Assembly: GCA_021161675.1 (NCBI GenBank)
Contig: JAGHAF010000030.1
Span: forward strand, 9,376 to 73,375
Reading direction: 5' to 3'
DNA from: Planctomycetota bacterium
GTDB lineage: Bacteria; Planctomycetota; Brocadiia; SM23-32
DNA length: 64,000 bases
Part shown: positions 49,880 to 61,700 of the stretch, in pieces
Layout: the number at the start of each line of letters is the position of its first letter
How positions within the stretch are numbered: the first letter of the stretch is position 1
Notes under the pieces: model-generated
The model's input: only the letters and a program-made list of their open reading frames with translations
The model's database searches: none
Told to the model about the DNA's origin: nothing
Made by a program: the position numbers and the translations under genes

Positions 49880-50197
49880 TTAAATCAGGGATAAAACTAA
49901 ACGCAGGCTCGCGTGATCGCTGTTATTGGTGTAATGGAACAGAAACCCGAAATATGCCGCTTTACCAAGGAGCAAAGGCTTGAACTGCCAATCAGGATAA
50001 AATGTCCAATCCACCTGCACCCCCTTATGCGCCAGGTTGCGGGCCTGGACGGACCTGCTCGCCACAACCGGTGTTGAGACATGCACACTTCGCCCCTGCG
50101 ATAACCGCAGAAGGAAAAGACCGGCGCGCCAGGGCAGCAAGACCACTACCAACCCGATGAGCACAGTTCCGAATCGAGATGAGATCGAACCTTTCAT
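49880..50197 (-). CDS. hypothetical small membrane protein
   Basis: 105 aa with an N-terminal TM segment. Its stop abuts the start of the downstream methyltransferase. Lower GC than surroundings. Weak. Confidence 0.3.
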   Translation of the reverse strand: MKGSISSRFGTVLIGLVVVLLPWRAGLFLLRLSQGRSVHVSTPVVASRSVQARNLAHKGVQVDWTFYPDWQFKPLLLGKAAYFGFLFHYTNNSDHASLRLVLSLI

Positions 50198-50270
50198 TGT
50201 CTTGGCGTCCTGGATTCTCTGGCAACAGAAAGGAATTCTGACGGCCTGCCCTCAAAGAATGGAAACGGCA

Positions 50271-50894
50271 CTACCGACAACATGTCCTTAAGCTGAACCA
50301 ACCCGATCCCCTTTGTGTTTCATTAGAAAACCAGCCTGCATCTACTGACTCGTCGGGTAGGGGCGCGTCCGTTGGTGTGCCCGTTTTTTCAGGTACAAAT
50401 GTAGCCTCTATGTTGTCCGCCGTATTCCCCCTGGCCCTACCCATCAATTCATAAAGGACACCTTTCTCTTTATCTACGGCATACACCCGTCCTTGGGGAC
50501 CGACTACCCTGGCAAGAATTAGACTGTAGTCCCCATTGCCGCATCCGAAATCCATTACTGTCTGACCTTCCCTCACACCAACCCGTCTCAATAGGTCCGG
50601 CCCATCGCGCTCCAGAAACCTCGCAACGGAAATGATCGCCCTGGCTATAAGAAAACTCTTTATCCACCTGGTGTATGGCTCTGAAGGGCTACGTTTATTG
50701 TCACTCCTGCGGTACCAATTCCCATAGGCGCCCACAGGGATTCCCACTTCATCTGCGGTGGCCGATCGCGACAAACCTTCGCCGCGCCGCCATTCCTCCA
50801 ATTTCTTCAAGTATAGCTCGATAGGTGTGCTGCTCATTTGGACTTCCTCATCCAGAGCGTACAGAAGCGAGCGGGAGACCATGCGCCGACACAC
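50271..50894 (-). CDS. class I SAM-dependent methyltransferase
   Basis: VMDFGCGNGDYS motif I and VGPQGRVYAVD motif. Resembles the methyltransferase at 49239..49877. Confidence 0.6.
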   Translation of the reverse strand: MCRRMVSRSLLYALDEEVQMSSTPIELYLKKLEEWRRGEGLSRSATADEVGIPVGAYGNWYRRSDNKRSPSEPYTRWIKSFLIARAIISVARFLERDGPDLLRRVGVREGQTVMDFGCGNGDYSLILARVVGPQGRVYAVDKEKGVLYELMGRARGNTADNIEATFVPEKTGTPTDAPLPDESVDAGWFSNETQRGSGWFSLRTCCR

Positions 50895-51756
50895 CCACCC
50901 GGTCTTCCTGGCTCACCATGTCTGTGAAACGCCCGCCTGACTGAACCAGCCAACGTGATGACGGGGAATGTAGCAGCCAGGCTGAGGCCAAACAGGTAAC
51001 CGTGAGAGGCTTCGATGGTCTGAGCGAACTTCATGAGGAAAACAACCAGGAGCGCGGTGGGCGCTATCCCGATCATAATAGTTGAAGCCCGCCGCGCGGG
51101 TGCTATATGTTTCTAGAAATAACGATGCCAAACTGCGGCTCCAGCAAAAAGGAAATTTAACACACCTACCCCAAGGGCTACCATTCAGATAACGAAAAGC
51201 GCCGGCGCCAGCCGCGTATCTGCCAAGTACACATCCATGGACCACGCTCCGAGCACGGGTATTATCAGGTCAGAGACGGGCCGAATGAACCAGGGGAGTT
51301 GGCGTGTTCCAGAGCAGCATTTTTCTTGAGGAACTGGGGGCGGATGATCAGAAAGCCAAAGGTAAAGATCCCCGCTGCCCCGATGAAGAAGAATATTGCT
51401 CCCAGATAGTACGCAACAGTCGGCCCGAACAGAAGCGGCCCCAGTTTTCTCGTCCCTGTGCCGGCAAGAATGAAGCTGATCGGAACGGTCGGGAAGAAGT
51501 TCCCCCGCACGCGATCAGCCAGGTCCTTCTTCACCTCGTCGGGATACCAGAAGAACCGGAGCGCCCAGGGCGCCAGCACCCCAACGAACATCAAGCTCGC
51601 CACCAGGTAGTACCCCAACCCGATGTAGAGCGCTGGAGAAAACGGCCGTGCTACCTCTGGGGACACCTGCATGGTGATCATTATCGCCGCCGTTCCCATC
51701 ACCCCCGCGGCCCATTCGGGCCCAAAATGCCACACAATTCGCCTGATCATCCTCAT
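50834..51756 (-). pseudogene. probable disrupted TDT-family (TehA/Mae1-like) transporter gene
   Basis: 51265..51756 encodes a 163-aa N-terminal fragment with the GPEWAAGVMGTAAI signature and five TM helices. A further hydrophobic fragment lies in another frame (50834..51076). No single intact frame spans the region. Confidence 0.3.
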
Positions 51757-52234
51757 TCTCGCTCATGCACGGAGACTCGTCGCCTGGCGCCAATCACCGC
51801 CGGTCGCTACCACTGCGTTTCTGCTCCCAATCGCACCTTCCGTTTGCATCGCATAGAGAACACCAAACGGCCCTAACACTCTCGCCACCCCACTATCGAG
51901 TTGCCCCGGTCTCCAGTTAGGCCGGCTCGGTGTTCAACATATCGAACATGGTAGCATACCTCGAAGACTATGTCAAAGTAAGAACTCGAAAACTTCGCCT
52001 ATGGCCAAACTCAACGGCCGGTTTGGCGAAAGGAGCAGCGGCAAAACGCTCAGAGGTCGCCCCGCTCGCGCAGAAGTGCTTCGTGGTCTGCGCAACACAC
52101 AAATTCTTCACCAGGAGCGCTGGATTTGGCCATGCCACTGCCTGAAGACTCTGTGTTCCGCTGGCGTTGGTAATTCAGCGGCGCTTCATGCCGCCCCTTC
52201 TTGCCCTGGTCGTCGTATGCGGCTCCCCCGCGGC

Positions 52235-53110
52235 TCATCCGTAGAGCGCCACCACCACCAGTCCGGCCACTATCGCCACAGCCGCCGGCAGGCGCACGGC
52301 CAGTCCACGTTCGCGGTAAATCCTGAACGCCAGCGCCACCCCGATCAGGATGCTGAATTGGCGAAAGGCCAGCAGGTAGCTGGTCTGCGGCGCCATCTGG
52401 AAAGCCCATAGCACCAGCGCATAACCTGAAAAACCTAATACGGCGCCGATAGCCGGCAGTCCCCAGCCGACCTCCCCGGCGCGCTCTTTCTGCGTCGCAA
52501 AGAGCGCATGGATTGTGAGGTAGCTGAGGCACGACATGATGTGGAACAAGCCGCAGTATATGACCGCGCTGGCCAGCCCCGGCCGAACGGTCTCCGCCCC
52601 GATCTTGTCGAGCATGGTGTAGCCGACGATCGTCGCCGCCGTGAGCAGTATCCACAGGATCGACCTGGCGCGGTAGCGCTTGAGGGCGAAGTCACCGTAG
52701 GATTCCTGCGGAGCCAGAACGCACCCCCCCACAACCATCAACAGGCCAACCCAGCCCAGCCCGGTCGGATGACGACCGCGCAGCATGTCCAGCAATGCCA
52801 CTATTAGCACCGGCGTCGCCCTGGCCACCGGGTAGACGACGGTGAAGTCCGACATGCTGTACGCCAGTCCGAGGAACCGGTAGTAAAGCCCGACTATCAC
52901 GCCCGAGGCCGCCACGCAGAAACACGCCTTCAGAGGAAAGGAATAAGGAAAGCGCGTGGCAATGCCGATGGCCGCCAGGCCGATAGGGATCGAGAGAATT
53001 AGCATGTGGCGGAAGAAAAGGAGCTCCCGCCGCCCGCGCCGGGCCAGCAGATTCCACCCCGCGTGCATGAAACACGAGATGAGGATCAGGACAATGGGCA
53101 ACAGGGACAT
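52235..53110 (-). CDS. EamA/DMT-superfamily permease
   Basis: About 10 predicted TM helices, duplicated EamA-like halves, YPVARATPVL motif. Confidence 0.5.
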   Translation of the reverse strand: MSLLPIVLILISCFMHAGWNLLARRGRRELLFFRHMLILSIPIGLAAIGIATRFPYSFPLKACFCVAASGVIVGLYYRFLGLAYSMSDFTVVYPVARATPVLIVALLDMLRGRHPTGLGWVGLLMVVGGCVLAPQESYGDFALKRYRARSILWILLTAATIVGYTMLDKIGAETVRPGLASAVIYCGLFHIMSCLSYLTIHALFATQKERAGEVGWGLPAIGAVLGFSGYALVLWAFQMAPQTSYLLAFRQFSILIGVALAFRIYRERGLAVRLPAAVAIVAGLVVVALYG

Positions 53111-53308
53111 TGCCGGCTCCAACTGGCACAGGGCGTGCGGGAAACGAGTCGGCATTATAGCGCCAATGCTTCTGTCCGCAACGGCGGCGGAACGGGCATC
53201 TCACGAGCCGCGCGGCAATGACTTGACAACACCCCCACCCAGTGCGCATACTGACGGATAGCGCTACTTGCCGCTCTACTCCGACGATATAGACACAGGT
53301 CGCCACCT

Positions 53309-54457
53309 ATGGACACCCGCGAGAAACTCGCGGTTCTCGCTGACGATTCGCGCTACGATCTGTCGTGCGCGTGTGGCACGAAGAAAGGGGTTGATCGTCG
53401 CCAACGCGGCGAGGACGGCATGTGGCTCTACCCGGTCTCGCTGCCACGCGGCGGGACATCGGTGCTGCTGAAGACACTGCTCTCGAACGCCTGCGACAAT
53501 GATTGCCGCTACTGCCCGCTTCGCAGCGCCGGCGATTTCCGCCGCTGCGCCATCGCCCCGGAAGACTTGGCGCGGGCATTTATGGGGTACCTGCGGCAGA
53601 AGAAAGTCTTCGGCCTCTTTCTCAGCTCCGCAGTTATCCGAGACCCCGACTACACGATGGACCGCATGATCGCCGCCGTAAGGACGCTGCGCGCCAGATA
53701 CAAGTATCGCGGTTACGTTCACCTGAAGATCATTCCCGGCGCCTCGGACGCCGCCATCGAGGAAGCCATCAGCCTGGCCACCACGGTTTCTTTAAACGTG
53801 GAGGCGCCGACCCGCGCCGCCTTTCGGACGCTGACAAGCTCGAAGGATTACGACCGCGACATCGTGCGACCGATTCGCCTGATAAGCCGCCTGACGGCCC
53901 GGGGCGGGCCGCATGACCGCGTCAAGCAGACGACCCAGTTCATAGTCGGCGCCGCCGGTGAAAGCGACGCGGACATCGTTGACGCCTCCTTCGGCCTTTA
54001 CAAACGCCTCGGCCTCAGTCGCGTGTATTTCAGCGCTTACCAACGCGGGCTGGGCGAGCCCGACCTGCCCGGCGAAAGGCATCCGCCAGCGCGGCCCCAG
54101 GACGCGTTGACGCGCGAACATCGCCTGTATCAGGTCGACTGGCTGATTCGCAAATACGGTTTCTCCGCAGAGGAGATACCCTTCGGAACGGACGGGAATC
54201 TTTCGCTCGAGGCGGATCCAAAGCAGATATGGGCGGAACGCCATCCCGAACGCTTCCCGGTAGACATCAACAAGGCGGACAAACTCGAACTGCTCCGCGT
54301 GCCGGGCGTTGGAGAAATCACCGCCGGGCGCATCCTTGAGATACGCAAAGGCGGAGGGAGGATAAGGTCAATCAGCCAGCTCGGCAGGCCCGGGAAGCGC
54401 CTGCGAAAGGCGGAGGGGTACATCAAGTTCGGCTACAAGCGCCGGCGGACAGGCTGA
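53309..54457 (+). CDS. radical SAM protein with C-terminal helix-hairpin-helix (ComEA-like) DNA-binding domain
   Basis: CDNDCRYC (CxxxCxxC) and a C-terminal VDINKADKLELLRVPGVGEITAGRILEIRK HhH motif. Confidence 0.7.
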   Translation: MDTREKLAVLADDSRYDLSCACGTKKGVDRRQRGEDGMWLYPVSLPRGGTSVLLKTLLSNACDNDCRYCPLRSAGDFRRCAIAPEDLARAFMGYLRQKKVFGLFLSSAVIRDPDYTMDRMIAAVRTLRARYKYRGYVHLKIIPGASDAAIEEAISLATTVSLNVEAPTRAAFRTLTSSKDYDRDIVRPIRLISRLTARGGPHDRVKQTTQFIVGAAGESDADIVDASFGLYKRLGLSRVYFSAYQRGLGEPDLPGERHPPARPQDALTREHRLYQVDWLIRKYGFSAEEIPFGTDGNLSLEADPKQIWAERHPERFPVDINKADKLELLRVPGVGEITAGRILEIRKGGGRIRSISQLGRPGKRLRKAEGYIKFGYKRRRTG

Positions 54458-54674
54458 TGTTTGGGCTCAGGCGGGGAGCAGACGCAGAGGATATGCCCTC
54501 CATTAGAGGCCATGTCCTTCCGCAACTTTTCCATTGGTTTCATTTACAGAACCGGTTATCCTGGAGATCAGGACGGCGGCTATTGGCGGCAACACCCTTG
54601 TGACATCCAGGCGCCTGATTCACGATGGCACTGCGAAATGATCGCGCGCGCATAGGGCGCGAAGCGCTAACTTT

Positions 54675-55727
<1,053 letters not shown>

Positions 55728-55764
55728 CTTAGATGCTATCAATTCGGCGCGTCTCTGAACCTCG

Positions 55765-56700
55765 ATGGAGCGCCCACATGGATGCTCTGCGGAGGGCTTT
55801 CCGATGAGAGCTGCGCGCAAGTATCTCGATCCGGTCTTGTTGAGCAAGCTGGGAAACATGGAGCTTGTGGCGCGCTGTGTAATGGAGGGTTTCTACACAG
55901 GACTGCATCCGAGCCCGTTTCACGGGTTCAGCGTCGAATACAGCGACCACAGGCCATATCAGCCCGGCGATGAACTGAGGTACCTTGACTGGAAGGTATT
56001 GGGCAGGAGTGACAAGCTTTACATCAAGCAGTTCCACCAGGAGACCAACCTGTCGGCCTACATCCTTCTCGACAGCAGCAAGAGCATGTCGTTTGCGGGC
56101 GAAGGAGCGGTCAGCAAAGTGGACTACGGCTCGTTCCTCTGCGCAGGGCTCGCCTACCTGATGTTGCGCCAGGGGGACAGGGTGGGCCTGACGCTGTTCA
56201 GCGACCGGATCACAAACTGGATTCCGGCCAGGTCAACACGCGCTCACCTCCACACCATCCTCGCCGCGCTGCAACACAACGAGGTGTCCGGGAAGACCAA
56301 TATCGCGGACACGCTTCACAGCGTCGCCGACATGGCGCATCAGCGGGGACTTTTCATAGTCATCTCCGACCTCATTGACGACGTCGAGGAACTATACAAC
56401 GGACTTGCCCACCTGAGCTATCTGCGCCACGACGTGGTCTTGTTCCACGTGCTGGATCACCAGGAACTGGCGCTCGACTATGAGGGGCTTATCGAGTTCG
56501 AGGATGTCGAGTCGGGAAGCAGGATTAGGACCTTCCCGCAGTCGCTGCGGGACTCCTACCGGCAGCGTGTTCAGCGCTTCGTTGACGACGTGGCGAGGAC
56601 GGCGGGCGAGCATCGCATAGACTACTGCCTTCTCGACACGTCGGAGCCTTTGGATCGGGCGCTGATTGTCTACCTGGCGAAAAGAAAGGCACTGATGTGA
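55765..56700 (+). CDS. DUF58-family protein (vWA-like, MoxR partner)
   Basis: Conserved YxPGDxxRxIDW-like motif (YQPGDELRYLDWKV), 311 aa, adjacent to moxR. Confidence 0.7.
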   Translation: MERPHGCSAEGFPMRAARKYLDPVLLSKLGNMELVARCVMEGFYTGLHPSPFHGFSVEYSDHRPYQPGDELRYLDWKVLGRSDKLYIKQFHQETNLSAYILLDSSKSMSFAGEGAVSKVDYGSFLCAGLAYLMLRQGDRVGLTLFSDRITNWIPARSTRAHLHTILAALQHNEVSGKTNIADTLHSVADMAHQRGLFIVISDLIDDVEELYNGLAHLSYLRHDVVLFHVLDHQELALDYEGLIEFEDVESGSRIRTFPQSLRDSYRQRVQRFVDDVARTAGEHRIDYCLLDTSEPLDRALIVYLAKRKALM

Positions 56701-58754
56701 GTTTTGCGCAGGCGATATTCCTGATGGGTTCGGTTGCGGTTCTGGCCCCTGTGCTTGCGCATCTTTTTGCGCGGCCCCGCTTCCGGCGCCTGCCCTTCAC
56801 GCTGCTTCGTTTCTTGCGCGCCGGCCAGAAGGACGTCCAGGCCAGAAGGAAGCTGCGCGACCTGCTGCTCCTACTGCTGCGATGCGCGATAATAGTGCTG
56901 ATTGCCATGCTCTTCGCCGGCCCCAGGTTGCTGGCGCGCTCACCAGGCAGCAACGCGCGTGACCTTTACTTCCTCGGCCTGGATAATTCGCTCTCCATGG
57001 CCTATAGCGACGGCCCGCAGAGCTACTTCCAAAGCATGCTCGATGCGGCCGCCGATTACATCCGCTCGGCGCCCTCGGGCTCCCTGTTCAACCTGTATGC
57101 GCTGGCCTCCGGCGAGCGCGGCGCCAACCTGAGCAGTGAGCAGGCGCTTGCCTTCCTTCGGCAGCTTGCCGTCGTGCCCTCCGTCTCCGAGCCGGACGGA
57201 TTTATCGGCGCCCTTCGCAGCGCCCAGCAGCGCCGCCATCCGGACGACAGGATCAGTTCGCTGCTGCTCAGCGATTTCACGCCGAAGATGATGGAGCGCC
57301 TGGGCGAACTGAGCGGCCCTGTCCTCGTTGACGACGCCCGCTATAAGATGATCTCCTCTGAGGGGCCGATCCATAACGCCGCACCGGTTGATGCGCACGT
57401 CACGGATCTGGCGCAGGGCAAGCTGCACGTCAGCGCTACGGTCGCCAACTACGGATCAGTCACAAAGCCCCGCGCTCTGGAGGCGCGCCTGGGCGGCAAG
57501 AAGGCCGCCGCCGTGCAAGTCGCTGCCGCAGCCACTCAGAATTACCGCCTCGCCATCCCGGTTGAGGGCGCGCGGCAGGCCGAGTCGTGCCTTCCGATAG
57601 AGCTTTCCCTCTCCGGCGGAGACGGCCTGCGGGAGGATGATACGTTCTACCTGGCGGCCATCCTGCCCGAGGAAAGCAAGAGGCAGGTCGTACTGATAGG
57701 AAGCGACAGGCGGGAACTGTTCCTGCTGAGAACGGCTCTGAACTCACTCTCGCTGATGAACGCTTATGAGACGGTGAGTGTGAAGGAGGCAACATTCGCG
57801 GCGTCTCACGGCGAGGCCCTGGCCGGCGCCGACGTGGCCGTCTTCGCGGGCATGCCAGATGCGCTCAGCGATGGGGCTGACGAGATAAGCTCCTTTGTTC
57901 AGAACGGCGGAAGGGCCGTTTTCTTCCTGACCAGGGACCTTAGCGCCGATGCGCTCGACAGGCTGTGGCGCGCGGACGTTCTGCCCGCCCTCCCCCGCCG
58001 CTACCACGAGGGGGCGACCCACGTGGCGCCGAGCAACGTCTACACCGACGCGTTGAGCCCCGACGGCAAAGCCATCAAAGCCCTGTGTAATTACAAAATC
58101 GAGACGATCCTCTTCCTCGGCTCCTTTGACTGCGAGCAGTCGCCGGCAGGCGCATGTCTGTGGCGATTGCAGAACGGCAACGGTTTTGTCTATTTCAAAC
58201 ACCATGGCAACGGCAGCGCAGTATTGATCAACACGAGCGCCGATGATTCACTTGGCGCCCTGACCAGGTCCAGGGCGGCCGTTGCGTTCTGCAGATATCT
58301 GCTGGGCCCATCCACTGCGCCCCTTCAGAACAGCTTCGCCTCTGACGAGACCATAGTTCTGGCCCTGCCGCAATCCGAATCGGAAGACGCCGCCCAAGAG
58401 CGCCGGCTCTACGTGATGACGCCCTCCGGAGAGCCGTGCGCCGCCCAGGTGTCTGGTTCGACCGCATCGGTGCAGTGCCCGCATCAGATCGGATGGGTCA
58501 AGACGCTGACAAGGCCCGCCAGCTACGCCGGGGTGAACCCGCCCAGGGGCGAGACGGACATGCAGGCGCCCGCCAAGGAGGTCGTCGCCGACCTGATGGG
58601 ACGTATCTTCCCCGTCGCGGAGGGGAAGGATATGGCCGCGGCGTCCCGGAATGGGCTCGACAAAGACAACCGACCGATCTGGCGCTTCTTTGCGTGGCTC
58701 ATCATTGGACTAGTCCTGTTCGAATCATTCGTCGCCAATAAGGTGAAACGATAA
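56697..58754 (+). CDS. BatA-type N-terminal double-TM domain protein with large extracytoplasmic region
   Basis: Two N-terminal TM helices with the aerotolerance-operon N-domain pattern (LLRFLRAG...RKLRDLLLLLLR), a C-terminal TM, 685 aa. Confidence 0.5.
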   Translation: MSFAQAIFLMGSVAVLAPVLAHLFARPRFRRLPFTLLRFLRAGQKDVQARRKLRDLLLLLLRCAIIVLIAMLFAGPRLLARSPGSNARDLYFLGLDNSLSMAYSDGPQSYFQSMLDAAADYIRSAPSGSLFNLYALASGERGANLSSEQALAFLRQLAVVPSVSEPDGFIGALRSAQQRRHPDDRISSLLLSDFTPKMMERLGELSGPVLVDDARYKMISSEGPIHNAAPVDAHVTDLAQGKLHVSATVANYGSVTKPRALEARLGGKKAAAVQVAAAATQNYRLAIPVEGARQAESCLPIELSLSGGDGLREDDTFYLAAILPEESKRQVVLIGSDRRELFLLRTALNSLSLMNAYETVSVKEATFAASHGEALAGADVAVFAGMPDALSDGADEISSFVQNGGRAVFFLTRDLSADALDRLWRADVLPALPRRYHEGATHVAPSNVYTDALSPDGKAIKALCNYKIETILFLGSFDCEQSPAGACLWRLQNGNGFVYFKHHGNGSAVLINTSADDSLGALTRSRAAVAFCRYLLGPSTAPLQNSFASDETIVLALPQSESEDAAQERRLYVMTPSGEPCAAQVSGSTASVQCPHQIGWVKTLTRPASYAGVNPPRGETDMQAPAKEVVADLMGRIFPVAEGKDMAAASRNGLDKDNRPIWRFFAWLIIGLVLFESFVANKVKR

Positions 58755-61700
58755 TGGCCCCCGCGGCGGAAGAAGCGCTCAGACATCTTGTCATGCGGGT
58801 CAAAGAGGTAAGGCGCTGGCTGGTCGCCCTCTCAGCGCTGAAGGTGGCCGCGCTGCTCTTTCTGTTCGTGACGGTGTACGTAGCCGTCTTCGCCTATGCG
58901 GACCATCACCTGCACATGGGGCTCACGGCGCGGCTTGCGGCGCTCTGCCTGCTGATCGCCGGGTCGTGTGGGGCGCTCTATGCGCTCGCCAGGTCACTGA
59001 TTTCTCACGTATCGTGCAGCCGCGCGGCGAATCACATCGAGAGCAAGATCAGCTTCCGCCAGCAGCTCGTTACGGCCATCGAGTACGACGAGAATAAGGC
59101 AGACTACCTCTATTCCGAGGCGCTGGCCGACTGCGTGGTGCAGCGGGTCTTTGAAGCCAGCGCGGACATAGATTTCAAGACCACCGTCGCCAGGCGTAAT
59201 GCCTACCTGTTTTCTGTAATGATAGCCCTCGGTATGTGCGGCGTGCTCTTTTTCGCGCACAACCACTATGTATTCTTCTCCACTTACCTGGCGCGGCTGA
59301 CACGGCCGCTTGAGCAAGTCGAGCCGATTCCAACCACCGAGCTGATAGCCCTGACGGGAGACATCGTTACCGAACCTGACGTGAAAATCCGCCTGGCAGC
59401 GGAAATCAGAGGGCGCATCCCCAAGAAGGGCCTGCTGGTAATCGAGGACACGCGGCCCGCCCCGCCCTACGGCCATCCGCAGGTCATAGAGACCCAACCC
59501 CGCGCCGATGGTGAGGGGCCGCCGCGCCTGGAGGAAGAGCTTTCGCTGAAACGCGGCGACTACCGCTACCGGTTCGAGGCCGGAAAAGCCGCCAGTTACC
59601 GGCACAAGATACACGTTTCATCCGTGCCTAAGATAGCAAGCATGACGGCGCGTGTCACCCTGCCCGGGGACACTGCGATCCAGCCGTATGTCGAGGACGT
59701 GCAGGACTTTACCCTGAGCGTTATCGAAGGTTCTGAGATCGAACTCACCGTCAGGGCGACCGAGAAACTGAGCAAAGCCCTTGTGACGGGCTTGAACGGG
59801 CAAGTAGTCGAAGCGCAGCCCGAGATGAACGGCTCGTTCATAATGCCCTTCAAAGCTGACAGGGAAGGCGAGTTGAAGTTGGAACTTGTGGGCGAAGAGA
59901 ACGTTGCGAACCGGGACATCCCGCCCTTGAGGATTGAGTTCCGAGAGCTCTCCTCCCCTCGGATAGAGCTGGTTTCGCCCGAGCGCGACTATATGGCCAC
60001 AAACGTCGCGAGCGTGCCCGTGACATTCCAACTCTATGATGACTTCGGCTTGCAGAAAGCCGCAATCTATTTCGAGTTCCCCAACGGGGAGCGCAGACAG
60101 ATAGGAATGCCGCTCGAGCGCGGCGTCCGAAGCGCAACGGACACTTACACGCTGGAGCTGGAAGACTACGACCTGAGCGTGGGCGATGCCATCGTGTTCC
60201 ACGCGGAGGCGAGCGGCATCCGGATCGCAACTCCGAAACCGCAGAACCGCGCATCGAAGAGCAATATCTACTTCGTCGAGATCATTCCATACAGGTCCTG
60301 GTGGCAGGCGAGCCAGGATTTAGATATAGGAGGCGAGCTCTACGTAATTGAGACGCTCAAAGATATCCTGGAATACACCCGCGCCATACTCAAGAAAACC
60401 TGGGCCCTGACTGACAAAGAGGAGTTGACAGCGCAGGACAAGTCGCAGCTCGATTCCATCAACGAAGACGTCACTTACAGCGCCGAGCATCTGCGAACTG
60501 TCCGCGACAGCCCGGTCTTTCAGTTTACGCCGGCCGAGATCGCTGCGATCAACGGCGTCCTGGCCGATTTCGACGAAGCAAGCGCCCAGCTTGCGGGCTA
60601 CGACCCCGCTTCCGCGCTGCCCCCCGAGGACAAGGCATATCGAACGCTCCGCAAGCTGGTTGGCGAAAAATGGAAGGAGCCGCCCGCCCACGGGCCAGGC
60701 TTCACCCCACCCAGCAAGCCTAAGCCTGACACGATTGAAGTCGTCAAGAATACCTACCTGCGCAAGTACGACAGCGAAGCGATCGCCCAAATGTTTGACA
60801 CGCTGACTCGCAAACTCGCCGCGGCGACCTACCACGAGGAAAACCTGAAGAAAGAGTTCGACCGTTTCCTTGCCGAACAGCGAGAGCCTCCCATCCACAG
60901 AGGCAGCCCGGAAACACCTGAGTCCGGCGCAGGAGACCAAAGCGGCGAGGGCGAGGGCGAAGGTTCGGGGCAACGAAGCAGCCAACAGGAGCAAGGCCAA
61001 GAGTCGGAGGCGGGGCAGGCCCAAGCCCCTGGCGAGAGCGACAACACACAGGCTCAAGGGCAGGAACCCGGAGCCGGCGAGGGCGAAGGCCAGGGGCAGG
61101 CGAGCAGCGCACAGGCCCGGCAGGCGCCCTCTGGCGCCGCCCCTGCCGAGGGAGGCGGCGCGGAGCCCGCCCAGCCCCCACCGGACCAGCCGGGAGTCGA
61201 GGGCCAGGGAGAAGGCGAGGGTCAAAGTGAAAGCGCACAGCCGCAAGCCCAGGAACCCGCGCCGGGCCAGCGCGGCGCCCCCGGTCACGGAGGCGCATCA
61301 GAAGGGCAGGCCCAACAGTCGGCTCCAGACCAAGGTGAGGGTCAGAAAGGCAGCCCACAGTCGGAAACCCGGGAACCGACCTCAACCCAGGGCGGCGCTG
61401 CCGGTCCGGGAGTCGGATCAGGAGCTAAGACCGAAGAATCGGCTTCGCCAGGCGGCCAGGGCCACGGAGGCGCATCGGGAGCGGATGCCGAAGAAACGGG
61501 TTCGGGCGAGGGCCTGGGCCAGGGAGGCCCACGAAGGGCAGGAAGCCGGCAGTTTCGCTCGAACGGAGGCGAAGCCCACGGAGGCGCATCAGGAACGGAA
61601 GCCGAAAAATCAGGTTCGGGCGGTTTCTCCGGCAAGACCGCCCACCGTGAGGGCGCTCAGTCCGGCGGCAGCCAGGGCAAAAGCGAGGACGAGGGAGGCG

